From assembly GCA_026391515.1 (NCBI GenBank), contig JAPLEC010000435.1:1-44166 (forward strand): a stretch of DNA of 44,166 nucleotides. Direction: 5' to 3'. Of this stretch, positions 18,454 to 27,350 are shown in pieces (within the stretch, counting starts at the first letter, position 1; each line of letters begins with the position of its first letter). A program made the position numbers and the translations under genes. Source of the DNA: Bacteroidia bacterium. Lineage in GTDB: Bacteria > Bacteroidota > Bacteroidia > Bacteroidales > VadinHA17. The notes beneath the pieces were generated by a model, which saw nothing but the letters and a program-made list of their open reading frames with translations, did not search any database and was not told where the DNA came from.

Positions 18454-19141
18454 TATTTTAAGAGGAAAAACCATTGAGGATTTTATTGAAACTCTTGTTT
18501 CATTATGGCCCGGGGAAATAGTTTTTACGACAAGCTTCGGATTTGAAGATCAGGTACTTACTCATAAAGTTTTCAAAAATAATATCCCAGTCGAGGTTGT
18601 GACACTTGATACAGGGAGACTTTTTCCTGAAACTTACAAAGTTTTCTCTGAGACTATCAAAAGGTACAACAAAAAGATAAACATGTTTTTTCCTGATCAT
18701 GATGATGTTGAGAAAATGGTCAGTGACAAAGGTCCATTCAGTTTTTATGATTCAAAGGAGAACAGGCTGGAATGCTGTAGGATCAGGAAAGTTATACCCC
18801 TCGACAGAGTATTGAAAGGGAAAAAATGCTGGATATCAGGTATAAGGGCAGAACAATCGGAAAACAGAGGTAAAATGGCAGAACTGGAATATGATGAAGA
18901 TAGAAAACTGTTTAAATATTATCCGCTCTTCTTATGGTCTTTTGAGGAGGTCGAAAAATTCATAAGAGAAAATAATGTACCCTATAATAAATTACACGAC
19001 AAGGGATATGTAAGCATAGGGTGTGAACCATGCACACGGGCAATTATTAAAGGTCAGGATTTCCGTGCCGGCAGGTGGTGGTGGGAAAATGACGGACCCA
19101 AGGAGTGTGGGTGCCATTTAAAGTCAAAAGTCGAAAGTTAA
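18419..19141 (+). CDS. cysH: Assimilatory APS/PAPS reductase ([4Fe-4S] APS-reductase type)
   Basis: LDTGRLFPETY, ECCRIRK, SIGCEPCT, RAGRWWWE, KECGCH. Confidence 0.93.
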   Translation: MEADLKLNELGNILRGKTIEDFIETLVSLWPGEIVFTTSFGFEDQVLTHKVFKNNIPVEVVTLDTGRLFPETYKVFSETIKRYNKKINMFFPDHDDVEKMVSDKGPFSFYDSKENRLECCRIRKVIPLDRVLKGKKCWISGIRAEQSENRGKMAELEYDEDRKLFKYYPLFLWSFEEVEKFIRENNVPYNKLHDKGYVSIGCEPCTRAIIKGQDFRAGRWWWENDGPKECGCHLKSKVES

Positions 19142-19154
19142 AAGTCAAAAGTTT
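19120..19154 (+). repeat. Heptamer tandem repeat AAAGTYN x5 spanning the cysH stop
   Basis: aaagtca aaagtcg aaagtta aaagtca aaagttt. Confidence 0.8.
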
Positions 19155-19171
19155 ATAGCAGAAAATTATAG

Positions 19172-20074
19172 ATGATAATAAACGACGAACATATTAAAGA
19201 GCTGGAGGATGAAGCAATTTATGTAATGCGTGAGGTGGCAGCTCAGTTTGAAAAAAAAGTGATTCTTTTTTCGGGAGGTAAAGACTCAATAGTGCTGGTG
19301 CATTTAGCAAAAAAGGCCTTCTGGCCTGCAAAAATGCCTTTCAGCCTTATGCATATCGACACCGGACATAACTTTGAAGAGACGCTAAAATTCAGGGATG
19401 ACCTCGCAGCAGAACTTGGTGTTGAACTTATTGTAAGGCTCGTGCAGGATTCAATCGACCAGGGAAAAGTTATCGAAGAAACAGGAATAAATGCAATCCG
19501 AAATAAAGCTCAGTCAGTGACTCTACTCGATGCTATTGAGGAACTGAAAATTGATGTTGCGGTCGGCGGAGGACGCCGTGATGAGGAGAAGGCAAGAGCT
19601 AAAGAACGTTTCTTCTCCCACAGGAATGAATTTGGTCAGTGGGACCCGAAAAACCAGAGGCCGGAACTCTGGAATATCTTTAACGGCCATAAAAACTTTG
19701 GCGAGCATTTCAGAGTATTTCCTATCAGCAACTGGACGGAACTTGATGTCTGGCAATACATTATGCTTGAAAAGATAAAACTCCCGGAGCTTTACTACAC
19801 ACATCGGCGGAAGATATTTCAGCGAAATGGAGTCTACCTTGCATGGGCTCCCTTTATGCTGCTCAAACCTTCAGAAAAAGTTTTTGAAACTGATGTCAGA
19901 TGCCGGACAATTGGTGACATAACCTGCACAGGAGTCACACTCTCAAAGGCAGATTCGCTGGAAGAAATCGTCACTGAGATAGCAGCTACCAGAGTTACTG
20001 AACGGGGTGGAAGGTACGACGACAAAAGGTCGGAAGCAGCTATGGAAGACCGGAAAAAAGAAGGATATTTTTGA
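19172..20074 (+). CDS. cysD: Sulfate adenylyltransferase subunit 2
   Basis: FSGGKDS, HIDTGHNF, RRDEEKARAKER, WDPKNQRPELW, MEDRKKEGYF. Confidence 0.97.
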   Translation: MIINDEHIKELEDEAIYVMREVAAQFEKKVILFSGGKDSIVLVHLAKKAFWPAKMPFSLMHIDTGHNFEETLKFRDDLAAELGVELIVRLVQDSIDQGKVIEETGINAIRNKAQSVTLLDAIEELKIDVAVGGGRRDEEKARAKERFFSHRNEFGQWDPKNQRPELWNIFNGHKNFGEHFRVFPISNWTELDVWQYIMLEKIKLPELYYTHRRKIFQRNGVYLAWAPFMLLKPSEKVFETDVRCRTIGDITCTGVTLSKADSLEEIVTEIAATRVTERGGRYDDKRSEAAMEDRKKEGYF

Positions 20075-20075
20075 A

Positions 20076-20136
20076 GTTGAGAGTTCAGGGTTCAAATATT
20101 TGACAACGCTGAACTCGGAACACGGAACACGGAACA
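20076..20136. repeat. Inverted heptamer repeat arms (GTTC / GAAC)
   Basis: gttgaga gttcagg gttcaaa ... gaactcg gaacacg gaacacg gaaca. Confidence 0.7.
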
Positions 20137-20156
20137 TAAAAAGCAATCAGTTCAAA

Positions 20157-21425
20157 ATGAAAATCAACGGAGAAAGTAAATATAAAAGCTTACTGAGATT
20201 TACAACAGCAGGAAGTGTGGATGATGGCAAGAGCACTCTGATCGGAAGGCTCCTTTACGACAGCAAATCGATATTCGAGGATCAGATGGATCATATTGTC
20301 GAGTCGAGTAAAAGGCTCGGAAAAAAGGATATAGACCTGTCGCTGCTGACAGACGGCCTGAGGGCTGAGAGAGAACAGGGGATTACAATTGACGTGGCAT
20401 ACAGATATTTTTCAACACCCACAAGGAAGTTCATCATTGCTGATACTCCCGGGCATATTCAGTATACGAGAAATATGGTCACCGGCGCAAGTACTGCCGA
20501 TCTTGCAGTGATACTTATCGATGCACGGAAAGGTGTTCTTGAACAGACCATGAGACACTCGTATATTGCAACTCTGCTTGATATCAGGCATCTTGTATTC
20601 TGCATCAATAAGATGGATATGACAGGCTATTCTGAAGATTGCTTTCTCAATATCAAAAAAACACTGGCCGGTCTTGTTAAAAAACTCAATATTGAAGATG
20701 CACATTATATACCAATAAGTGCAAAATACGGCGACAATGTTGTGGAACCATCCACAAATATGCCATGGTATACCGGAAATACATTCCTTCACCTGATTGA
20801 AACCATCGAAATAAAGAAAAATAAAAATTCATCTGATGCACGGTTTCCGGTCCAGACTATTATTCGACCCGATTCTAAGGAATTTCATGATTACCGTGGT
20901 TACTCAGGCAGAGTTGCCGGCGGAGCATTTCATATTGGCGATGAGGTAACTGTCCTCCCCTCTTTTTTGAAATCAAAAATTAAAAGCATTGATTCCCTCG
21001 AAAAACAATTTAAATCAGCCACCGCAGGTGATTCTGTCTCTCTGACCCTTGAAGATCAGATAGATATCGGCCGCGGCGACATGATTGTAAAGCCGGGTGA
21101 ATTACCTCAATCAGGTAATGACATTACCCTGACAACCTGCTGGTTCAATGAAAAGCCTTTAAAATCGGGAGGCAGGTATATCGTGAGGAATTATACAAAT
21201 GAAACAAGTTGTGTGATTAAATCAGTCAATTACAAAATGAACATCAATAATCTTGAAAAGGTGACTGATGATCTTTCCATTAATATGAATGATATCGCAA
21301 ATATTAGCATCCTGACAGCAAAACGATTATTCTTTGATAGTTACAGAAAAAACAATATCACCGGCAGCCTGATATTTATTGAGGAGGGGACTAACGAAAC
21401 TGTTGCCGTAGGTATGATTGAATAA
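20157..21425 (+). CDS. cysN: Sulfate adenylyltransferase subunit 1 (GTPase), no APS-kinase domain
   Basis: LRFTTAGSVDDGKSTLIGRLL, EREQGITIDVAY, DTPGH, NKMD; start at ATG 20157. Confidence 0.95.
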   Translation: MKINGESKYKSLLRFTTAGSVDDGKSTLIGRLLYDSKSIFEDQMDHIVESSKRLGKKDIDLSLLTDGLRAEREQGITIDVAYRYFSTPTRKFIIADTPGHIQYTRNMVTGASTADLAVILIDARKGVLEQTMRHSYIATLLDIRHLVFCINKMDMTGYSEDCFLNIKKTLAGLVKKLNIEDAHYIPISAKYGDNVVEPSTNMPWYTGNTFLHLIETIEIKKNKNSSDARFPVQTIIRPDSKEFHDYRGYSGRVAGGAFHIGDEVTVLPSFLKSKIKSIDSLEKQFKSATAGDSVSLTLEDQIDIGRGDMIVKPGELPQSGNDITLTTCWFNEKPLKSGGRYIVRNYTNETSCVIKSVNYKMNINNLEKVTDDLSINMNDIANISILTAKRLFFDSYRKNNITGSLIFIEEGTNETVAVGMIE

Positions 21426-21433
21426 TTGTCGTT

Positions 21434-21460
21434 CAGTCTTGCGGTCTTGCAGTCTTGCAG
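21434..21460 (+). repeat. Octamer tandem repeat CRGTCTTG
   Basis: cagtcttg cggtcttg cagtcttg cag; related reverse-strand copies at 23773-23791 and 24320-24337. Confidence 0.7.
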
Positions 21461-21523
21461 ACGAGATAAAGATTGTTGAAGGTTCAGTCAAATAAACTCC
21501 TCACTGTTAATTAATTAACAATA

Positions 21524-21606
21524 AGATTCCTCGCTGACGCCCGGAATAATAATCCGGCCAGGGGAGAAATTAATGAAGAGATTCCTCGTATATGCGCGGA
21601 ATGACA
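21524..21606. repeat. Two direct REP-like AGATTCCTCG...CGGAAT elements
   Basis: agattcctcgctgacgcccggaataat (21524-21550) and agattcctcgtatatgcgcggaatgaca (21579-21606). Confidence 0.7.
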
Positions 21607-21668
21607 TAATAAGGAATGATATTGCGTGAAGCATTGGCCTATATTAGTAAACCGAAGGTAGTGTAATC

Positions 21669-21706
21669 GACTGAAAATATAAAAAATTATATTTTCGTTT
21701 TCAGTC
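21669..21706. terminator. Hairpin between convergent cysN and dinB
   Basis: gactgaaaa ... ttttcagtc inverted repeat. Confidence 0.35.
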
Positions 21707-21774
21707 AATTTTGAAAATACAGAAATTTATATTTTCATTTTATGACGATTTTGAAAATATGATTGATTCTATCC

Positions 21775-21819
21775 CTCTCCCGCTCTCCCGCTCTCCCGCT
21801 CTCCCGCCCTCTCGCCCTC
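21775..21819 (+). repeat. Octamer tandem repeat CTCTCCCG x4 plus degenerate units
   Basis: Visible directly just beyond the dinB stop. Confidence 0.9.
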
Positions 21820-21826
21820 ATTTTTT

Positions 21827-22894
21827 TCATCGCTTATCAAACAGATCCAGCTGCCTCTCCCCGCTATCCTCCGACTCAAGATTTGAGATGCTTACACCCA
21901 GCAGCCTGATCTTAGTTCCGGGAAGTTCAAGAGATTTTCTGATTTCTGCTACCTCTCTATGAAGTGTCTCAAAATCACGTATATAGGTTTGAAGTGTCTT
22001 ACTTCGGGTGATCTGCCGGAAATCTGAAAATTTAACTTTCATAGTAACGGTTCGTCCGGTTGTCCCTGCATGTTCGAGACGTTCCATCAACTCTTTTTCC
22101 ACTTTATATAACTCAGCAATTATCTCAAATTCTTTGGTGAGGTCTTTTTCATAAGTAAGCTCGGTACCTATCGATTTGCGCTCAGATTCAGTCTCCACAA
22201 CACGGTCATCAATTCCCCTCACGATATCGAAATAAAACTTACCTGCCTTTCCAAAATTTCTTATCAGATCCTGTAAATCAAGCTTTTTAAGATCAGCGCC
22301 TTTATGAATACCCAGCTTATGCATTTTTCCGGATGTTACCTTTCCGATACCATAAAATTTTTCTACAGGAAGCTCGCAAATAAAACTCTCTGCCTCTTCT
22401 GGTTTTATTACGAACAGACCATCAGGTTTTTTTATGTCTGAAGCTATCTTAGCAAGGAACTTATTGTATGAAATCCCTGCGGAAGCAGTAAGACCAGTCC
22501 GCTTTCTGACTTCAGCTTTAATTTCTTTCGCTATTAAAGTCGCAGAACCTATATTCTTTTTATCATTTGTAACATCAAGAAATGCTTCATCAATTGAAAG
22601 AGGTTCGACAATATCGGTATATTCATAAAAAATTTCAAACACCTTTTTTGACATCTCTTCGTATCGATCAAAATGGTGCCTCACAAATATCAGGTCAGGG
22701 CATAATCTTTTTGCAGTTACAGATGGCATTGCTGATCTCACACCGAATTTTCTGGCTTCATAGCTGGCAGCAGCAACAACATGTCTTTCTCCGCTTCCCC
22801 CAACTGCCACAGGCTTACCTTTCAGCTCCGGATTATCGAGCTGCTCTACAGAAGCAAAAAAAGCATCCATGTCGATGTGTATGATCTTTCTCAT
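21827..22894 (-). CDS. dinB: DNA polymerase IV
   Basis: HIDMDAFFASVE, ASYEARKFGV, SIDEAFLD, LAKIASD..KPDG. Confidence 0.97.
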   Translation of the reverse strand: MRKIIHIDMDAFFASVEQLDNPELKGKPVAVGGSGERHVVAAASYEARKFGVRSAMPSVTAKRLCPDLIFVRHHFDRYEEMSKKVFEIFYEYTDIVEPLSIDEAFLDVTNDKKNIGSATLIAKEIKAEVRKRTGLTASAGISYNKFLAKIASDIKKPDGLFVIKPEEAESFICELPVEKFYGIGKVTSGKMHKLGIHKGADLKKLDLQDLIRNFGKAGKFYFDIVRGIDDRVVETESERKSIGTELTYEKDLTKEFEIIAELYKVEKELMERLEHAGTTGRTVTMKVKFSDFRQITRSKTLQTYIRDFETLHREVAEIRKSLELPGTKIRLLGVSISNLESEDSGERQLDLFDKR

Positions 22895-22912
22895 GAAAAA
22901 GTGCCTACCTTG

Positions 22913-22938
22913 TACACCGAAGCCTTGGCGTAGGTGTA
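22913..22938. repeat. Mini-palindrome CGAAG-CCTTGG-CGTAG nested in a nonamer repeat
   Basis: tacac-cgaagccttggcgtag-gtgta between aaagtgcct and aaagtactt agagtactt. Confidence 0.6.
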
Positions 22939-22993
22939 AAGTACTTAGAGTACTTAAAGTTGGAAAGATAAAGATAGTTAATAAGACTGACCG

Positions 22994-23065
22994 GAATGAA
23001 GAACGAAGGACAAACGAATGTTGAATTAAGAAGTTCTTACTTCGCTGATCGATTGTTCTTCATTC
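22994..23065. repeat. Imperfect inverted repeat of heptamer-like units
   Basis: gaatgaagaac ... gttcttcattc, perfect 11-bp outer arms. Confidence 0.6.
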
Positions 23066-23151
23066 TTACTTTAAAATCTATTATTAAAATCTAATTCAAC
23101 TTATTATACACCCGGCTCTATTTTTCTTTATTTTCGCAAAAAAGTCTGACA

Positions 23152-23772
23152 ATGAAAGCAATTGGAATAAACTGCAGTCCCAGGAAGGGAGGAAATACTG
23201 AAATCCTTATAAAAGAAGTTCTGAATGTCCTTGAAGAGAACGGAATAAAAACTGAGTTTATCCAGCTTGGAGGTAAAAAGGTAGCAGGATGCATTGCCTG
23301 TATGAAATGCAGGAAAGCAAAAGATGGCAGATGCCATCAGGACAATGTTGTTTTAAACAAATTCATTGAAAAAATGGTGGAGGCTGATGCTATTATTATA
23401 GGTTCGCCGACATATTTTTCAGATATTTCAGCTGAAGCCAAAGCACTTATTGATGTCGCCGGTTATTCACTTCGCGGAGCCGGCAATCCACTAAAGAAGA
23501 AGATCGGAGCAGCTGTTATTTCTGTAAGACGAGCCGGTGCAATTCATGCTTTCGACAGTATTAATCATTTCTTTTTAATAAATGAAATGATCATTCCGGG
23601 TTCATCATACTGGAATATCGGTATTGGCAGAGAGAAAGGTGAAGTAATTAAAGATGAGGAAGGTATGCAGGTAATGAAGACGCTTGGGGAGAATATGGCA
23701 TGGCTGCTTAAGAAGATAAAAGACAAAAGATCAAAGATAAAAGACAAAAGAAAAATAAAGAAGGCTGAATAA
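23152..23772 (+). CDS. Iron-sulfur flavoprotein (Isf / NADPH-dependent FMN reductase family)
   Basis: SPRKGGNT, CIACMKC(x7)C cluster motif, GSPTYF, GSSYWN. Confidence 0.88.
   Translation: MKAIGINCSPRKGGNTEILIKEVLNVLEENGIKTEFIQLGGKKVAGCIACMKCRKAKDGRCHQDNVVLNKFIEKMVEADAIIIGSPTYFSDISAEAKALIDVAGYSLRGAGNPLKKKIGAAVISVRRAGAIHAFDSINHFFLINEMIIPGSSYWNIGIGREKGEVIKDEEGMQVMKTLGENMAWLLKKIKDKRSKIKDKRKIKKAE
23712..23753 (+). repeat. Heptamer AAAGAYA tandem repeat inside the 3' end of the isf-like CDS
   Basis: gaagata aaagaca aaagatc aaagata aaagaca aaagaaa. Confidence 0.85.
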
Positions 23773-23793
23773 CTGCAAGACTTGCATGACCTG

Positions 23794-24258
23794 CTAGGTT
23801 GCTGCAGCAGCTGCAGCTGCTCTTTGTTTGAAATAATTCTTTATAAACAAACCTGTCAGGATAAGAACTTCATCTCCGGTGTATGAAGTTATTTCTCCGC
23901 TGGAAAAACTTGACTGATACCTGATCATAACTCCGTTTTCATTGCTGATGCTCCATTTCGTATTCCAGAAATTATCATATTGCCACTGGTAATCTTTATT
24001 ATCATATCTGATCGTTGTTTTCGTTTTCCAGATATTAAAAATGATCTGAATAATAACTGAATTATCCTTCTGATCAATAATCCTATGCTCCTGTTTGAAA
24101 AAACCTTTGGTCTCAAACATCAGCTTACGTCCATTCAGCTCTCCGGAAGTTTTCCGTTCAAAACTTTTATTTTTTAATTCTCCGACAAGGTTTTCGTACT
24201 GGTATATTTCAAATCCTCTTCTGAAAAACTTGGATTTCCAGGTATAATGGGTTTCCAT
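23794..24258 (-). CDS. Hypothetical protein, beta-rich, Ala-rich C-terminus
   Basis: 154-aa ORF filling the gap with ATG start; no recognised motif. Confidence 0.7.
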   Translation of the reverse strand: METHYTWKSKFFRRGFEIYQYENLVGELKNKSFERKTSGELNGRKLMFETKGFFKQEHRIIDQKDNSVIIQIIFNIWKTKTTIRYDNKDYQWQYDNFWNTKWSISNENGVMIRYQSSFSSGEITSYTGDEVLILTGLFIKNYFKQRAAAAAAAT

Positions 24259-24337
24259 AATTCTGATTTTTAAGAAAATTTACTTCCTCCAAGATATAAT
24301 TTATTATTCAATTTACTATTTGCAAGACTTGCAAGAC

Positions 24338-24372
24338 AAAAAAACCGCCCTTCGCTCAGGGCGGTTTTTTTT
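24338..24372 (-). terminator. Intrinsic (bidirectional-type) terminator of the hyd operon
   Basis: A7-ccgccct-tcgctc-agggcgg-T8 immediately after the hydA stop. Confidence 0.85.
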
Positions 24373-24374
24373 AT

Positions 24375-26156
24375 TTAGTAGCTTTCCCGTTCCACATAAT
24401 GTGTATGGAGAAGCTCATGTGATGCATGGCTGTTTGGATTGCCAAGGAATTCTTTGTAAATGGCAATCACATCAGGATTCTCATGGGATTTGCGAAGTAC
24501 CATGTGCTCATCTTCTGAATATATAGCTTTCATACGATTCTTTCTGATCTCCATGCTGGTTGGTATCGGCTGTCCGCCGCCGCCAATGCATCCACCGGGG
24601 CATGCCATTATTTCAACAAAATGGTATGGCGATTTTCCTTTTCTGACCTGCCTCATAATCTTGTTCGCATTTACAAGTCCATGAGCTATTGCGACTTTCA
24701 GTTCGACACCTTCAAGGAATTTCCAGTCGTTTGTACAGCCTTCGATTTTTATTGTTGCCTCTTTGACCCCTTCCATTCCGCGAACCGGCGTAATATTGAG
24801 GTTTGCAAAAGGAACTTCCCTTCCGGTTACAATCTCATAAGCAGTACGAAGAGCTGCTTCCATTACACCTCCTGTCGCACCGAAGATAACTGCTGCACCT
24901 GTCGAATCGCCCATAATTGAATCATAATGAGACGATTCAAGATTTCTGAAATCGATTCCTGCCTGTTTTATCATTACTGCCAGCTCTCTGGTTGTGAGAA
25001 CAAAATCAATATCCTTGTATCCGCTGGATCTCATTTCAGGTCTGTCGGCTTCATATTTTTTTGCCGTACATGGCATTATTGAAACTGATACAATCTTTGA
25101 AGGATCAAGTTTCATTTTCGATGCATAAAATGTTTTTGCAAGTGCACCGAACATCTGCTGCGGCGATTTGCATGTCGACAGATTTGAAAGGAACTCAGGA
25201 TATTTATGTTCGATGAACTTTATCCATCCTGGTGAACATGATGTAAACATCGGAAGTGATAGTTTCTTATCACCATCGACAAGAATTTTCTTCAGTCTTG
25301 TGAGAAGCTCTGTTCCTTCTTCCATAATCGTAAGATCAGCTGTGAAGTCGGTATCAAGAATAGAATCAAAACCAAGCTGTCTGAGAGCAGTAACCATTTT
25401 CCCTGTTACTCTTTCTCCCGGATTATAGCCAAGATCTTCACCAAGTGCCACTCTGACAGCCGGTGCTGTCTGAACAACTACATGTTTTTCCTTATCATAA
25501 ATAGCATCCCAGACCTGGTCGATATATGTTTTTTCAACCAGTGCACCGGTGGGACAACGGTTAACACACTGCCCGCAGTTGGTACATACAACATGACTCA
25601 TTGGCCTGTCGTGAAATGAAGATATTTTCTGATGAGCGCCTTTGTTGGCAACTGCAATTGCTGAAATATACTGCAACTCGGTACATGTTCTGACACAACG
25701 CTGACAATGGATACATTTGCTATCGTCCTTCATGAATGATGGTGATGACCTGTCAATGGTATATTGATGATCTTCGATGAGATCAAGGAAAATTGTATCT
25801 CCGAATGCAAATTCATTTGCCAGAGCCTGGAGTTCACATTTCTGGTTTTTATAACATTTTGTGCAATCAGACCTGTGTTCAGAAAGGAGAAGCTCTACAA
25901 TATGCTTTCGGGCATTTCTTACTTTTAATGTGTTGGTGTGGATATCCATACCTTCTGCAACCGGCATTGCGCATGCTGCTATGAGAGTCCTTGCTCCTGT
26001 CTGTTCAACAACACAAACCCTGCAGTTTCCTGCCACACATAAATCGGGATGATTACATAATGTCGGGATATTTATTTTCAGTTTTCTTGCAGCATCAAGA
26101 ACTGTTGTCCCCGGCTGAACTGAAATTTTCTGATGATTTATACTAAGACTTATCAT
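24375..26156 (-). CDS. hydA: Group A [FeFe]-hydrogenase catalytic subunit (HydA/HndD-like)
   Basis: H-cluster motifs TSCSPGW, MPCTAKKYE, EIMACPGGCIGGGGQP; N-terminal 2Fe-2S, His-ligated 4Fe-4S and 2x4Fe-4S motifs. Confidence 0.97.
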   Translation of the reverse strand: MISLSINHQKISVQPGTTVLDAARKLKINIPTLCNHPDLCVAGNCRVCVVEQTGARTLIAACAMPVAEGMDIHTNTLKVRNARKHIVELLLSEHRSDCTKCYKNQKCELQALANEFAFGDTIFLDLIEDHQYTIDRSSPSFMKDDSKCIHCQRCVRTCTELQYISAIAVANKGAHQKISSFHDRPMSHVVCTNCGQCVNRCPTGALVEKTYIDQVWDAIYDKEKHVVVQTAPAVRVALGEDLGYNPGERVTGKMVTALRQLGFDSILDTDFTADLTIMEEGTELLTRLKKILVDGDKKLSLPMFTSCSPGWIKFIEHKYPEFLSNLSTCKSPQQMFGALAKTFYASKMKLDPSKIVSVSIMPCTAKKYEADRPEMRSSGYKDIDFVLTTRELAVMIKQAGIDFRNLESSHYDSIMGDSTGAAVIFGATGGVMEAALRTAYEIVTGREVPFANLNITPVRGMEGVKEATIKIEGCTNDWKFLEGVELKVAIAHGLVNANKIMRQVRKGKSPYHFVEIMACPGGCIGGGGQPIPTSMEIRKNRMKAIYSEDEHMVLRKSHENPDVIAIYKEFLGNPNSHASHELLHTHYVERESY

Positions 26157-26176
26157 TATTTCTGTACATTATTATA

Positions 26177-27337
26177 TTAGTAAATGATTTCTTCCCTGAA
26201 GTTTTCAACAATAGTTCTAAAGGCGTTACCCACTGATTGTCCGAGACCACATTTTGATGCAACTTTCATTGTATCAGCAAGTTTTATCAGTTCATTCAGA
26301 TATGTTGTTTTCACTTCTCCTTTCTTGACTTTCTGTACACCTTTAAGCAGCTGCTGGCATCCGACCCGGCAAGGTGTGCACTGCCCACATGACTCTTCTG
26401 CAAAGAAATCAAGATAGTTGTGAAGAACATTGTACATCGATCTTGAGCTGTTGAACAGCTTCATTGAACCGCCTGTAGGGACACCTTCAAAACCTATGAT
26501 GGTACTTCCAAATTTTTTCCTTGGTACACAGAAACCCGATGCACCTCCTACCTGTACCGCTTTTGTGTCGCCGTCACCAAATTCATTTACAAACTCCTGC
26601 ACTGACATACCGAGTTCAAGCTCAAAAATACCGGGTGTTGGAGTATCGCCAGATACTGAGAATACTTTCGAACCACGTGAATCTTTAGTTCCAAGATGGC
26701 TGTAAGATTCTGGTCCATGTGTTATTATCATCATTGCTGTGACTAATGTCTCAACATTATTGATTGCGGTTGGCTTATTAAAAACACCGGAAGTTGTCGG
26801 GTAAGGAGGTTTGTTGCGAGGTTCCCCACGCCCGCCTTCAACTGATTCAAAAAGTGCGCTCTCTTCTCCGCAGATATACGCCCCACTTCCAAGACAATAG
26901 TTTATTTTAAACTCGAATCCGATCTGTTTAATTAATTTGTGGAACGATTCGAGCTCAATCATCAGCTGAGGAAGCATAAATCTGTATTCGCCCCTGAGAT
27001 AAACGATACCTTTTTTTGCACCAATTGCTTTACCGGCAATTACCATTCCTCCATATACTTTGTAAGCTACTTTGTCGAGTATCTCCCGGTCCTTAAATGT
27101 TCCGGGCTCACCCTCATCGGCATTACATACAATATATTTTTCAGATTCTTTAACTGCTGCCGTATATTTCCATTTAAGACCAGTCGGGAATCCGGCACCT
27201 CCGCGTCCTTTAAGGCCTGAATCAAGTACCTGCTGAATGATCTTTTCCGGAGACATCTTAAAAACTTTAGTAAGAACCTCTTTTGCGTCTATTTTTTCGA
27301 AGATAAGATCTACCTTATTTAATCCTCTTTTTTCCAT
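26177..27337 (-). CDS. hydB: NADH/FMN-binding hydrogenase subunit (short NuoF-like HydB)
   Basis: GRGGAGFPTG, NADEGEPGTFKDR, GAYICGEE, ESCGQCTPCR; start at ATG 27337 (386 aa). Confidence 0.92.
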   Translation of the reverse strand: MEKRGLNKVDLIFEKIDAKEVLTKVFKMSPEKIIQQVLDSGLKGRGGAGFPTGLKWKYTAAVKESEKYIVCNADEGEPGTFKDREILDKVAYKVYGGMVIAGKAIGAKKGIVYLRGEYRFMLPQLMIELESFHKLIKQIGFEFKINYCLGSGAYICGEESALFESVEGGRGEPRNKPPYPTTSGVFNKPTAINNVETLVTAMMIITHGPESYSHLGTKDSRGSKVFSVSGDTPTPGIFELELGMSVQEFVNEFGDGDTKAVQVGGASGFCVPRKKFGSTIIGFEGVPTGGSMKLFNSSRSMYNVLHNYLDFFAEESCGQCTPCRVGCQQLLKGVQKVKKGEVKTTYLNELIKLADTMKVASKCGLGQSVGNAFRTIVENFREEIIY

Positions 27338-27350
27338 TTTGCACAGGGTA

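Noticed and set aside
20007-20156. cysN start at 20007
   Set aside because: Overlaps cysD and runs through a heptamer repeat; CysN-like sequence begins after ATG 20157
21711-21962. 83-aa Pro/Ser-rich ORF
   Set aside because: Derived from the CTCTCCCG repeat and antisense to dinB
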